Shown piece by piece: positions 32,901 to 42,814 of a DNA stretch of 64,000 nucleotides. The translations under genes were made by a program, and so were the position numbers. This stretch comes from an uncultured Planctomycetota bacterium (GTDB lineage: Bacteria > Planctomycetota > Planctomycetia > Isosphaerales > Isosphaeraceae), in assembly GCA_963823665.1 (NCBI GenBank), contig CAWGMQ010000003.1, positions 800,001-864,000 on the forward strand. Reading direction: 5' to 3'. The notes beneath the pieces were generated by a model. It searched no databases and was not told the origin of the DNA. It saw only the letters and a list, made by a program, of their open reading frames with translations. Within the stretch, counting starts at the first letter, position 1. Each line of letters starts with the position of its first letter.

Positions 32901-33110
32901 GATCGGGGTGCGTAGACCGGTCGTATCGCCATCCGCAAGCGGACCGGGATCGGCCGTCGCCAGACCCCGTTCGCGTAAGATCCCGAGCGTTCCTTATGAC
33001 GCGCACGATCGATTCAACCACCACCCAAAAATGGGCTCGGCTCCGTCGCTCTTCTGACGATCAACTCGACTGGTACTATAGAATGTCCATCAGAGGAGCC
33101 CGAGACTTTC

Positions 33111-36100
33111 ATGCCTTCACACCGCGCCACGCACAAGCCGCGCGGCGATCGACGTCGCCGGCAGCTTCTTCCCACCCTCGTGCAGCTCGAAGTACGACTG
33201 GTGCCAACGCTCACGCTGCCGGGTATCGAGGGTGTCGCCTACGACTCTTCGGGTGACATCTTCGTCAGCTACGACAGCTCCACGGCGTACTCGGGCCAGC
33301 AGCAATCCGTGGCCGAGATCAACGCGAGCGGCTTCCTGGCAAGCTATAGCGTATTCGGTACGACCGGCGCGTCTGCATTTCCCGGCACGTTGACCGCGGT
33401 CAACTCATCAGCTTCGCTCCCAGGCGTCGAAAGCGGAGCCGACATCCTCGAGCTCCAGCCCAACGGTCAGCTTTTCGACTTCAACCCCGAAAGCGGTGCG
33501 TCTTCGCAGCTCGACAACCTGGCAAGCTACACCGCGACTGCGTCGAACGTTTATGACGTGCAGACAGGCGCCTCCGTCAATCTGAGCAGCCAGATCAATC
33601 TCGCGAACGCCACATTCGGCGATTTCGGCGTCTACGACAGCTCGCTCGTCGTCTCGGCCGAGTCCAACAATTGGGACTTCGTGATGCGGGTGACCTACGG
33701 CTCAGCCGTGCCGGGGACAGCCGCCGTGCTCGTTGCTGGTCCGGCCAGCGACGGTCTCTCTACCTCACCCGAGGGTGTTGCGGTGGACTCAGCGGGCACC
33801 GTGCTTACCACGCTTCCCTACACCGAGCCCGGGTCAGGCACGGTGATTCACGTGCCGGTGGGATTCAGCCTGTTCTACGACTCGGGTGGCACCCCCACGC
33901 CGTTCGTGCCCAAACTGGGGCTCACGACGACACCGGATTTCGACGCCGGGGCGATCACCGTTGATTCACAGAACAATTTCATCCTCGGCCTGACCGATTC
34001 GTCGCTCATTGGCGGCGGCGGCGGGGTCGCCCACATCAACTCGGCGCTCAATGCCTTCCTCGCCGATCCCCTCCCTTACTCCGCAGAAATTCCGGCCGGA
34101 ATCGCTTTCAGCGACGCGGGAGGAACAAATTCGCTGGCGTTTACCGATTCGAATTCAGATCAGTTCCAGGATCCTGATGCCGACACACTCACGACGGCTG
34201 GCGAGCTGCCGCTCTTCAGCGGTCAGGCCAGCCCTTCGCAGCTTCGCGCTGCCTACGGCATCAACCAGATCAACTTCATTGGACCCGGCGGCACCACCGT
34301 CGCGGGCACGGGCGCCGGCCAGACGATCGCCATCGTCGAAGAGGGCGTCGATCCTTCGCTCGAAGCCGATCTGACCACCTTCGACCAGTACTTCGACATC
34401 CCCGCGCCACCCAGCTTCCAGATCGTGGACCAGAATAATTCCAGCACCCAGAATCCGGATATCATCGCCGAGGCTTCGCTCGACGTCGAGTGGGCGCATG
34501 CGATCGCCCCCGGTGCGTCGATCGTCGTCTACAATTCACAATGGCTGCCTACGAATGGGACCCAGTCACTCGAGAACCTGCTCGAAGCCATGCACCAGGC
34601 CTCGAATCTTCCAGGGGTTTCGGTGGTCACCCTGAGCTACGGTGAGGACGAGTATTCGATCCAGGATTCCGGGCTGTCGGAGACGTCGTTCGACTCGTAT
34701 TTCACCACCCCGAACGTGACTTTCCTGGCCGCGTCGGGTGATACGGGCATCTACGGCAGCGGCAGTCCTCGCCAGGTCGTGGCCGATTATCCGTCCGCCT
34801 CGCCGAATGTCGTCTCCGTCGGCGGTACATCGATCGTCATCGATTCGGCCGGCGCCTATCCGGGCACCGGCCCCTCCGGCGAGGTCGCCTGGGGCGCGGG
34901 GACCCAAAGCTGGAGCGCATCCGCAGGCGGAGGAGGCGGCGGCGGCCTGAGCGCCTACGAGGCGGAGCCCGCTTGGCAGACGGGCGTTGTCTCCAGCGCC
35001 CAGGATCCAAACGACGCCCGCGCCCTACCCGACGTCTCCATGGACTCGGGCGCTGCCCAGGAGTATGACGTCTTCACGAGCACGCTCGGCGCTTCCTCAG
35101 ACTCGCCTGCCGCCGTCGGCTGGCTCGGCGACGCGGGCACGAGCGCGGCGTCACCCATCTGGGCCGGCTTGATTGCCATCGCCGACCAGGGCCGGGCCCT
35201 CGCCGGCGGCACACCCCTGACCGGCTACACCCAAACCCTGCCCGCGCTTTACTCGCTCCCGGCAGCCGATTTCCACGATATCGTCTATGGCAGCAATGGC
35301 GACTCCGCCGGGCCCGGCTACGACCTGACCAGCGGGCGCGGCACGCCGGTCGCCAACCTGCTCGTTCCCGCGCTCGCCGATTACGGGCTCGCCAGCCAGA
35401 TGTCGATCAAGACCGAGCCACCGTCAAGCATCACCGCCAACACGGGCTTCGGACTGACCGTCCAGGTTGAAGACAGCTCGGGAAACCTGGCGAGCGGCAG
35501 CTATGTGACCGTCGCCCTCGGCTCGGACCCGACGGACATTACCTTGGGCGGCACCCTCACGGCGCCGGTCGTGAACGGCCTGGCCACCTTCTCGAACCTG
35601 ACGATCAGCCAACCAGATTCCGGCTATACGCTGACGGTCACCGACAACAGCTTCGCCGGCTCGCTGACAACGACAGCCATTGACGTAACACCCCCCGCGT
35701 CCACCCAGTCACCGGCAACGCTCACTCTCACCAACCTGAACTTCACCTACAACGGCTCACCCCAATTCGCGGCCGTCACGACGGACCCGGCGGGACTTTC
35801 GGGCGTCACCATCTCCTACGCCCAGAACGGCGTGGCGGTCGCCGATCCGACGCACGCGGGCGACTACACGGTCACCGCCACGCTCAATAACGCGAATTAC
35901 GTGGCGACGCCCGAGAGCGGAACCCTGGTCATCAACCAGGCGACGCCCACGATCAACTGGGCCGCTCCCGCGAACATCACCGTGGGCACACGGCTGAGCT
36001 CGGCCCAGCTCGATGCGACTGCGACCTTTAACGGAACGTCGCTGCCGGGCGGGTTTGACTACACGCCCGCCGTCGGCGCGTTGCTGCCCGTGGGCGACAC

Positions 36101-36602
36101 TCAAACCTTGAAGGTCGTCTTCACGCCGGGCGACACGACGGATTTCACGACCGCGATGGGCTCTGTGGCGATCAACGTACTGCCGCCGCCACCGCCGCCG
36201 CCTCCCAAAGTTCAGATCATCGGCGAGCGGCCCGTCTTCCGGCGCAAGCTGAACAAACATGGCAAACCCGTCGGCGCGGAAATCCTGACAGGTTTCACGC
36301 TCGACTTCAACATGCCCCTTTCCGTCCCGGCCGTCACGGATACGGCCAATTACCAATTCGACACCAACACGACCAAGACGGTGAAGCACAGAGTCGAACG
36401 CGTGCTGAAGCCGATCGTGAACTTCACCGTCAGCTACACGCCCGCGACCGACTCTGTGACGCTCGAGCTTGGCGGCACTGCGACGTTCCCACTGGGAGGA
36501 CAGCTCACCGTGCTCTCCGGCGTGACGGGCGGCTCGGGCGACGTGCTCAGCGGAACGAGCATATTCAAGATCACGGCCGGTGGGAAAAAGGTCGAGCCCT
36601 GA
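33111..36602 (+). CDS. Secreted S53 (sedolisin) peptidase with planctomycete extracellular N-terminus, Ig/MBG-like repeats and a basic C-terminal domain
   Basis: RRRR...QLEVRLVP N-terminus; EASLDVEWAHAIAPGA (E-x3-D), AASGDTG, VVSVGGT, GTSAASPIWAG and GYDLTSGRGTP. Confidence 0.88.
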   Translation: MPSHRATHKPRGDRRRRQLLPTLVQLEVRLVPTLTLPGIEGVAYDSSGDIFVSYDSSTAYSGQQQSVAEINASGFLASYSVFGTTGASAFPGTLTAVNSSASLPGVESGADILELQPNGQLFDFNPESGASSQLDNLASYTATASNVYDVQTGASVNLSSQINLANATFGDFGVYDSSLVVSAESNNWDFVMRVTYGSAVPGTAAVLVAGPASDGLSTSPEGVAVDSAGTVLTTLPYTEPGSGTVIHVPVGFSLFYDSGGTPTPFVPKLGLTTTPDFDAGAITVDSQNNFILGLTDSSLIGGGGGVAHINSALNAFLADPLPYSAEIPAGIAFSDAGGTNSLAFTDSNSDQFQDPDADTLTTAGELPLFSGQASPSQLRAAYGINQINFIGPGGTTVAGTGAGQTIAIVEEGVDPSLEADLTTFDQYFDIPAPPSFQIVDQNNSSTQNPDIIAEASLDVEWAHAIAPGASIVVYNSQWLPTNGTQSLENLLEAMHQASNLPGVSVVTLSYGEDEYSIQDSGLSETSFDSYFTTPNVTFLAASGDTGIYGSGSPRQVVADYPSASPNVVSVGGTSIVIDSAGAYPGTGPSGEVAWGAGTQSWSASAGGGGGGGLSAYEAEPAWQTGVVSSAQDPNDARALPDVSMDSGAAQEYDVFTSTLGASSDSPAAVGWLGDAGTSAASPIWAGLIAIADQGRALAGGTPLTGYTQTLPALYSLPAADFHDIVYGSNGDSAGPGYDLTSGRGTPVANLLVPALADYGLASQMSIKTEPPSSITANTGFGLTVQVEDSSGNLASGSYVTVALGSDPTDITLGGTLTAPVVNGLATFSNLTISQPDSGYTLTVTDNSFAGSLTTTAIDVTPPASTQSPATLTLTNLNFTYNGSPQFAAVTTDPAGLSGVTISYAQNGVAVADPTHAGDYTVTATLNNANYVATPESGTLVINQATPTINWAAPANITVGTRLSSAQLDATATFNGTSLPGGFDYTPAVGALLPVGDTQTLKVVFTPGDTTDFTTAMGSVAINVLPPPPPPPPKVQIIGERPVFRRKLNKHGKPVGAEILTGFTLDFNMPLSVPAVTDTANYQFDTNTTKTVKHRVERVLKPIVNFTVSYTPATDSVTLELGGTATFPLGGQLTVLSGVTGGSGDVLSGTSIFKITAGGKKVEP

Positions 36603-36652
36603 TCTCCGGCGCGCACTTCCGACGTTGAAGTTCGATCACTGAGCTGCGCTGG

Positions 36653-36744
36653 GATCAGATGCGGCAAGCCGGGGGCAACGATACGTGCTAGTCGAGCCAT
36701 TGCCGAAGAACACCAAGCACACTGCTGGCGGTCAACAATTCGGT
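36653..36744 (-). mobile_element. 5' remnant of a RAYT-like Y1 (IS200-related) transposase, copy 1
   Basis: ATG 36700 encodes MARLARIVAPGLPH. Segment 36658-36744 matches 39725-39812 with ~8 differences in 88 nt. Confidence 0.7.
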
Positions 36745-37082
36745 TTTGCTGGCCTGTCCACTCAGGCCAGCGGTCATGCGCCAGGAGGGGCGAAGCGAGT
36801 CACGGAAGCTGGGGTTGGCTCTGCCCGGGAGCGAATTGGCCTTGTGCGTTTTCGGAGCTTCGATGATAAAAAAACTGCCAAGACCCTACTTTCGTGCGTC
36901 TTTCTGCGATTCAGACGGGTTGCCTTCCCTCGCACAACACCCCTGGCACGGAGCGGCAATATCGGACTCCTCCCCGAAGTCGAACCGTTTCCCCTCGGTG
37001 CGCCTGCGAGGCCTAACTCAAACTTGATCTCTGGCCAGGTTATCTCGCCTGCACCCTAGGCTCGCTCAAGCATGGAGGCGCG

Positions 37083-38252
37083 ATGATGGGATGGTTCTTC
37101 TCCGCAATGAAGTCGCTCCGGCGTCCATCACGGGAATTGCCGCGGGCGCCGAAACGCAACCGGTCGTGGAACGTCGAAGACCTCGAGGGGCGCCGGCTGC
37201 TGTCGCAGGCGTTTCAGTCGGTCGCGACCTTGCCCGTCAATGGCTTCGTGACGACCAACATGGTCTCGGGCCCAGGTGGGGACTTGTGGGTTGCCGCCAA
37301 CTCGAGCTCGGGCGCCTCGACGATGGAACGGATCGGCCTCAACGGCTCGGTCACGTCGTTCGCCGTGCCCGGCAATCTGATCATCAGCGCGCTGGCCGTG
37401 GGGCCGGACGGCAACGTGTGGTTCGTCGGCACCAGCAACCTCGACAGCGGGAACGCCAAAACCAGCAGACAGCTCGTTGTCGGCGAGGTGACTCCGAACG
37501 GTCAGTTCACCGAGTACCCGCCGATACCCGTGGCCAGTGGACAAGGCGGTGCGGCCGACGCGACGCTCACCACGGGGCCCGACGGCGACCTGTGGTTCAT
37601 TTACACGGTCGTCGGCAACACGCCCTCAAGCGGGAACGTCCTCACCCAGAACTTCATCGGACGGGTGACGGCCGCCGGGTCGGTCACACTGTTCCCCGTC
37701 TCCTCGTATAGCACCGATACGGGAGAGATGTATTCGCTCGCGGCAGGATCCGACGGTAATCTCTGGTTCACCGAGCAACTCAGTCAAGAGTGGGTGCTTG
37801 GCCGGATGACCCCGAATGGCGTCATGACTCAGTTTCCGCTCGGTCTGAATTCAGCGCACTGGGCGGCCGACGTGGCGGACGGGTCGAACGGGAGCCTCGT
37901 TCTGGTCGATCAAAGCCTTCTCCACCTGCGCGAGCTCGACGTCATCCGAGTGTCCACAGCCGGCGTCATGACGCCGTACAAGATCCCGGCGGCCAGCGCC
38001 GATGCATTCGCGGAGTACCTGGGTACGGACGACAGATCGGTCTGGTTCTCGAACATCCTCAGAGGGGGAACCACGATCGGCCGGATCACTCCGAGCGGCG
38101 TGGCCAAGGTTTATAGCGTGTCCGACGTCGTTCTCGGCCCGAACAGCCAACTCCAGTCGATGGTCCTTGGACCCAACGGCAAGCTGTACGTGCTGGTGCA
38201 GGGTGAGACCAAGACGTGGCTGTATCGCCTATCGCCGGGTGAGCTCCATTGA
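37083..38252 (+). CDS. Secreted Vgb-lyase-like beta-propeller with planctomycete extracellular N-terminus
   Basis: VEDLEGRRLLS; repeated GPDGNVWF/GPDGDLWF/GSDGNLWFT...IGRITPSG blades; GGAGG RBS. Confidence 0.85.
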   Translation: MMGWFFSAMKSLRRPSRELPRAPKRNRSWNVEDLEGRRLLSQAFQSVATLPVNGFVTTNMVSGPGGDLWVAANSSSGASTMERIGLNGSVTSFAVPGNLIISALAVGPDGNVWFVGTSNLDSGNAKTSRQLVVGEVTPNGQFTEYPPIPVASGQGGAADATLTTGPDGDLWFIYTVVGNTPSSGNVLTQNFIGRVTAAGSVTLFPVSSYSTDTGEMYSLAAGSDGNLWFTEQLSQEWVLGRMTPNGVMTQFPLGLNSAHWAADVADGSNGSLVLVDQSLLHLRELDVIRVSTAGVMTPYKIPAASADAFAEYLGTDDRSVWFSNILRGGTTIGRITPSGVAKVYSVSDVVLGPNSQLQSMVLGPNGKLYVLVQGETKTWLYRLSPGELH

Positions 38253-38367
38253 GGACAACTGCGCGGTGGCGGCGCGTCGGAGCGGAGGGAACTGGTTACC
38301 GGCTGACCGGAATGGCCTTTCCCCGTGACCGCAGTGCCACGCGAGTTCTGAAACGGCTCGGAATAGC

Positions 38368-38395
38368 TTGCGATCGGCGGCTCTGGAGATAGAAT
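38368..38395 (+). promoter_or_regulatory. Possible sigma70 promoter
   Basis: TTGCGA-16 nt-TAGAAT, 40 nt upstream of ATG 38436. Confidence 0.3.
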
Positions 38396-38435
38396 CAATG
38401 AAGTGTCAATCGCTCAGGTTCGTTGGGGTCATTTC

Positions 38436-38696
38436 ATGACCCTCCCGATCACCATCACGATCACCGCGACGGCGCACGATCACTTCCGTGCCGAGACGCC
38501 GGGCGGGCCCGTCGAAGCCAGTTCCCTGCGTGAGCTGGGTGATCGCTTGAGGGATTTCCTCGCAAGTCTTGAGGAGGAATCTGCGTCCGACCTCGTGGAT
38601 CTGGCCAGACTTTCCAGTTCGGCGACCGACCAAACCACCTTACTTGAACTGGCCCGGACATCCCCGCCCCCAGACGCCTGGTTCGGCGCCGACTGA
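38436..38696 (+). CDS. Small acidic hypothetical protein (antitoxin-like)
   Basis: 86 aa ending PPPDAWF; followed by a MazF-like tail fragment. Confidence 0.55.
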   Translation: MTLPITITITATAHDHFRAETPGGPVEASSLRELGDRLRDFLASLEEESASDLVDLARLSSSATDQTTLLELARTSPPPDAWFGAD

Positions 38697-38737
38697 GGGA
38701 GGCTGCGCTGACAGGAAGTGCGCGGGCAATGTCGAAG

Positions 38738-38835
38738 GGGTTTTTATATGGGATGCCATCGGGCACGTCCCACCCGACGGCATGCGGAGGATCGACGAGG
38801 CCATCCGGCGCCATCGGGGCGACTCAGAACACTAG
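38738..38835 (+). pseudogene. C-terminal remnant resembling PemK/MazF toxins
   Basis: IGHVPPDGMRRIDEAIRRH resembles the IG.L....M..ID.AL helix of MazF; no N-terminal part is present. Confidence 0.35.
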
Positions 38836-39560
38836 CCTGCGCCCCCGGCCATTTTCCGGAGGCGATCATTCGCGAAATACTGAGCCTGACCTTCTTCGAT
38901 GGCTTGCAGAACAAGACCGGCGACGAATTCGGGCTTGTCACCATCGGCGTAACTGGCCGCCGGCCCGCCGCCGCCTGGATTCCCCATCCTGTTCTTGCCG
39001 AAGTTTGTGGCGGTGATGAACGGATAGATTTCACTGACGACGATGCGGTCCTTTTCCAGCTCGGCGCGTGCCGTGAGGCTGAAACCCAAGAGCGCCCGCT
39101 TCGAAGCCGAGTACACGCTGTACTCCGGAATCGTCATGAACGCGGTCCCCGAATTGATGTTTACAATGCTTCCACCACCCTGGGCCCGCATCACCGGAAT
39201 CACGGTCTGCATCGCGACAATCGGTCCCAGCACATTGAGATGGAAGATTTCGTCAAACAGGGCGGGATCGATCTCCTCTATTGCGGCCGCATAGCTGCGC
39301 CCTGCGTTATTTACGAGCCCATCGACGCGGCCGAAATGCTGGTGCACGGCGCGTACGGCTTCCCGCACGCGATCAAACTTCGTCATGTCCACCGTGACAG
39401 GCACGCTTCCCGGAAGCTGCTGCGCCAATTTTTCTAACGCGTCACTGCTGCGAGCGAGCAGGGCCACTTTCGCGCCGCGATCAGACAGAGCAATCGCCGT
39501 TGACAGCCCGATCCCCGACGAAGCGCCGGTAACAATAAATACGTGATCCTTGATTTGCAT
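38832..39560 (-). CDS. Short-chain dehydrogenase/reductase
   Basis: TGASSGIG, NNAG and YSASK; GGGAGA RBS before ATG 39560. The longer ORF to 39734 is a chimera of fragments. Confidence 0.9.
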   Translation of the reverse strand: MQIKDHVFIVTGASSGIGLSTAIALSDRGAKVALLARSSDALEKLAQQLPGSVPVTVDMTKFDRVREAVRAVHQHFGRVDGLVNNAGRSYAAAIEEIDPALFDEIFHLNVLGPIVAMQTVIPVMRAQGGGSIVNINSGTAFMTIPEYSVYSASKRALLGFSLTARAELEKDRIVVSEIYPFITATNFGKNRMGNPGGGGPAASYADGDKPEFVAGLVLQAIEEGQAQYFANDRLRKMAGGAG

Positions 39561-39579
39561 CGTTTGGTCTCCCTGACTT

Positions 39580-39688
39580 GATGTAAAGACCGGGTTGACG
39601 CCGCGCTTGGCGGGGCTCAGTACGGTGTTGCGGCCGATACTGCGACTGCCACCTATGATAATCGCGATCTTATTTTGTGAAAGTACGT
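39580..39688 (-). pseudogene. N-terminal fragment of a second SDR
   Basis: KIAIIIGGSRSIGRNTVL.. is a degenerate TGGSRGIG Rossmann start with no continuation. Confidence 0.55.
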
Positions 39689-39828
39689 CAGTTTGCTGCC
39701 GACGGCTTCCCCTCTGAGTCATATGATGCGACAAGCCGCGGGCGACGATACGTGCTCATCGAGCCATTGCCGAAGAGCACCAATGCACACTGCTGGCGGT
39801 CAAGAATTCGGTATGGTGTCCCCGGAAC
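39689..39828 (-). mobile_element. Left end (25-bp inverted end) and 5' remnant of RAYT-like transposase, copy 2
   Basis: ATG 39767 reads MAR*ARIVARGLSHHMTQRGSRRQQT (typical HHVTQRGNRRQ). End sequence GAATTCGGTATGGTGTCCCCGGAAC at 39804-39828. Confidence 0.75.
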
Positions 39829-40795
39829 TCTGGCGAGCAGCGGCCAGTGGCTTTGACACCAACTCGACCAGTTCTTTTCGTAGCTCGAGTTCCTCGGCCT
39901 CATTGTCCTGTGGCCAGAATTATTCCGGGTGGACGAAGAGCGACCCCTTTGCGGGCGGCTTGGCGTTTTTGAGAAGCGCCTCGAGGCCAGGGTAACGTTT
40001 TGGGGCGGTTACGTAACGCTTCCAGGCCGTTTTCCAAACCGTCTTGGGCTGGAGCCCCAGTTTCTCGGCTGCGGCGAGCTCGCCGTCGCGAGCGGGGTCG
40101 AAATCATAGTCGGCGATACACCGGCTGCGCAACGCTTCCCATCGGGCTGGCTCCCATTTGTTGCGAGCCTCCTGCGGCTGCGACATCCACGAGAGCAGGT
40201 CATCCACCACGTCGACGCTCACGATCGAGTCGAAGTAGATGCTGTTCAACTCCCCGGCTGCGGACTTGGCTTGCAGGTCGGCGACGGGCACGTCGGCCAG
40301 TTTTTCGACGGCCCGGCGCAGGGAGGCTGCCGTCGTCTGGTCTCGGGCAACCTTTAGATTGAGCCCGCCTTTCTCGGTCTGGAGGTAGGCGGCGACAGTC
40401 CAGTCTTTTGAGTTGGCCTGCGACCAGACCACGCCCCGATACTGCAATTCGGCCAGGGGCTTCAATTCGTGCGGACAGTCCTCGGTCGCGCGCAAGGTCG
40501 CCCGGCTCACGGCAGGCAGGTAGATGATCGGCACAGTGCCGGGTGGCAGCGTCACATCGGCGATCTTTCCGGCTAGAACGCAGCGCAGCCAGATCGCCGG
40601 GCCGGACCGGTGAGCGGGATGGTAGGGTCCGAACATCAGGAACTGAGGGAGGGCTGCGCGTAAGCGCGAGGCGAGCGTCTCCCACTCCTTCTTTTCATCG
40701 GGCCAGAGGACGGCGGCGGGCTGGTTGGTGTCGTCGCGGTTGTAGTCGGCGGCCTTCTGGAGTGAGGTCAGCAGGCTGTCTAGCACAGTCAGCAT
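39829..40795 (-). pseudogene. pglZ: N-terminal part of BREX-type PglZ (type B-like) phosphatase; nonsense codon at 39920-39922, truncated at the RAYT-like end
   Basis: AAVLWPD..EW, GPAIWLRC, PIIYLPAVSR and LKPLAELQYRGVVWSQ.N.KDWT. The frame continues FWPQDNE past the TAA and runs into the inverted end. A pglX remnant lies upstream. Confidence 0.72.
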
Positions 40796-40823
40796 CGTTC
40801 ACTTTTTCCTTGTGTTCCAAGGA

Positions 40824-40884
40824 TCAGAAGAAGGCCCCTTCTTCCATCAGCTCCGACCGAGTGATTCACCAGCGTCCGATTCAT
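40824..40884 (-). pseudogene. Internally deleted partner gene (probable HNH endonuclease toxin); only first and last codons left
   Basis: The ATG overlaps the upstream stop (ATGA) giving MNRTLV, directly followed out of frame by ITRSELMEEGAFF*. Confidence 0.4.
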
Positions 40885-41180
40885 TCGTCACCGGATTCAA
40901 GATCGCGGGCCGCCTTCAATGAACGGCGCGCTTTCGACTGAAAAATCCCGAGCGTCTGGCCGACGCGAATGTAGTTGTCGAGCTCGACTTCTTCCTCGAG
41001 ATTGAGCTTTCCCTGACGGTTCTTGGCCGCGAGCCGGTTCATCCGCGCGCGGTCTGAAGCGCTGAAGCGCATGCGCAGGATCGCTTTTGCCGCGTCGACG
41101 GAGCGGAACGGTTGCTCGGGGTCAACCACTCGACGTAGGATCGCCATCTCACTGGTCGTGACGGTCGCTGTTTTGGGCAT
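40881..41180 (-). CDS. Small antitoxin-like protein of a planctomycete family recalled as lying upstream of HNH nucleases
   Basis: SEMAILRRVVDP...RMNRLAAKNRQGKL..EE..ELDNY..VG..L...SKARRSL; CAGGAG RBS. Confidence 0.65.
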   Translation of the reverse strand: MPKTATVTTSEMAILRRVVDPEQPFRSVDAAKAILRMRFSASDRARMNRLAAKNRQGKLNLEEEVELDNYIRVGQTLGIFQSKARRSLKAARDLESGDE

Positions 41181-41217
41181 GGCGCGCTCCTGTGTTCGCT
41201 GCATCATACGAAATTAG

Positions 41218-42456
41218 CTAGGTAGCCAGTAATTTGAACTGTGAAATGTGTTCGATTCGGTGAATGCGCCGTTCCCGGAGCAGGATCCCGCTGAGAGCTA
41301 CGTAATGGGCGGATCCGTGGGCCTGCCACGCAATTTGATAATCGTTCGCATCGAGAGTTACCCTCGCTCGGATCGTGCCTTCGACGTCGAAAAGCATCAG
41401 GATGACGTCACCTTGAACCCGGCCCTCGGGGTCGGGATCGCCCATCAGGGAATCCACAAGCCCGATGAAATTGGAGATCTTGGGTTCCGTGGTTGGCCTG
41501 AGCGCTCGTGCGACCTTCTCGATCTCACCGAAAACATCGCTCCGAAGCACGACGTGCGACGGCGTTTCGGCCTCTGTTGGCGGTGCGAAAGCATTCGACC
41601 AGCTTGTGTGGACAGCTAATCGGGACCGTTCACCGATCGGCTGCATCGCTAGTACCGCTTCGCAGAGATTTGCGCTCAGGGCTGGCTGGCCGTTTTCCGC
41701 GACCAGCAACGAGGCTGTTTTATCTGCATCAATCGCCCTGGTTATGCGACGGAGCGACCCCATCAGCAGACGCGTCACTTGCCGCGTGAAGGGCTCGTTG
41801 GGCCCGCCGCTCGCGGAATCCGAATCCGGTTCACGGATCTTATCGAATAACGGCGTCGGTGCGATGGTGGCTGAGTCCGGGTCGAACGCGTCGAGCGGAC
41901 AGGCGACCTTGAGGGTGAAGCTTCCTCGCTCTGTCTGACCCATCCGGCATGCTTTGACCAGTTGCTCGGCTTCACTCCGGCTCAGGCGAGGGTGAAATGG
42001 CTGGGGCTGGATGACGCTGCACGCGGCAGATCGCAGAGCTCGTTCGGCGGCACCCAGGAGGCCGATGCCTTGTGAAAGTGGAATGGAACCGCGCTGCGAA
42101 TCAGGCTCGTCCAGTCGGAACCGGACGAGGTCGCAAGCGAAGTCGAGCAAGTCTTCGAGAACCTGAATTGGCGACAGGCGCGATCGTGCGGCTAGACGAG
42201 CAATCACGTCGGCCAAGTTTCTGCCGTAATCGTCCGTCGATCGATCCAGAGGGACGATCAGTTGATCCAGATCCGATTCGGGGTGTTGGTACAGCGCGAT
42301 TGCGCCGTTGACGCCCTCTGCTCGCCGCCAACCCTGCGAGATCGCGTAGCGGCGGACCTCAAGGGGGCTCACCTGGAGAATCAAGTCTTCCGGGAGGTCA
42401 AGGTGCCGCATACGGGAAGGTTGTTCTGCCGGACTGCCGTTCACGCTCAAGAGCAC
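41218..42456 (-). CDS. Conserved hypothetical protein (412 aa), defence-island type
   Basis: AGGAGG RBS before GTG 42456; Y...GW, GQTERGSF and SANLCEA motifs; intact ORF between BREX remnants. Confidence 0.75.
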   Translation of the reverse strand: MLLSVNGSPAEQPSRMRHLDLPEDLILQVSPLEVRRYAISQGWRRAEGVNGAIALYQHPESDLDQLIVPLDRSTDDYGRNLADVIARLAARSRLSPIQVLEDLLDFACDLVRFRLDEPDSQRGSIPLSQGIGLLGAAERALRSAACSVIQPQPFHPRLSRSEAEQLVKACRMGQTERGSFTLKVACPLDAFDPDSATIAPTPLFDKIREPDSDSASGGPNEPFTRQVTRLLMGSLRRITRAIDADKTASLLVAENGQPALSANLCEAVLAMQPIGERSRLAVHTSWSNAFAPPTEAETPSHVVLRSDVFGEIEKVARALRPTTEPKISNFIGLVDSLMGDPDPEGRVQGDVILMLFDVEGTIRARVTLDANDYQIAWQAHGSAHYVALSGILLRERRIHRIEHISQFKLLAT

Positions 42457-42547
42457 GCTAGTGCCTCCTGGACGCTATGACTTGGACCTCAGCAAAACCT
42501 CAATGGCTTTTCGCGATTCCGGGACGGCGATTCGTTCGAGCAGGGAG

Positions 42548-42645
42548 CACTCTGGCAAAGGCGGTGACACCCATCCGGAACTTTCAGCGGGCGGCACACG
42601 GAGTGTGCCTGCTACACCAGAGCACTGGCAAAGCCAGTACTACCC
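42548..42645. repeat. Cluster of REP-like palindromes
   Basis: GGCACAC-GGA-GTGTGCC(TGCTAC) at 42593-42615, flanked by ACTGGC-AAA-GCCAGT (42624-42638) and a degenerate copy (42548-42572). Confidence 0.7.
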
Positions 42646-42814
42646 ACCGCAGTCGCATGATTGTGCAATACTATTCAGTGTGACGTGCCCGCGCGGCGGT
42701 CGCAAGCAATTGAATCGGCTCCTGGTGCTCTTGGATAGCCTTGGCCAAACCGCTCCGGTGAATATAATTGAAAAGTACGTAGGTGGGACACTAGCTGGCG
42801 GTATGGGGTTGAAT

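Noticed and set aside
36944..36960. Sigma54 promoter TGGCACG upstream of the propeller gene
   Set aside because: GG-to-GC spacing is 9 nt rather than the required 10, and TTGC is absent.
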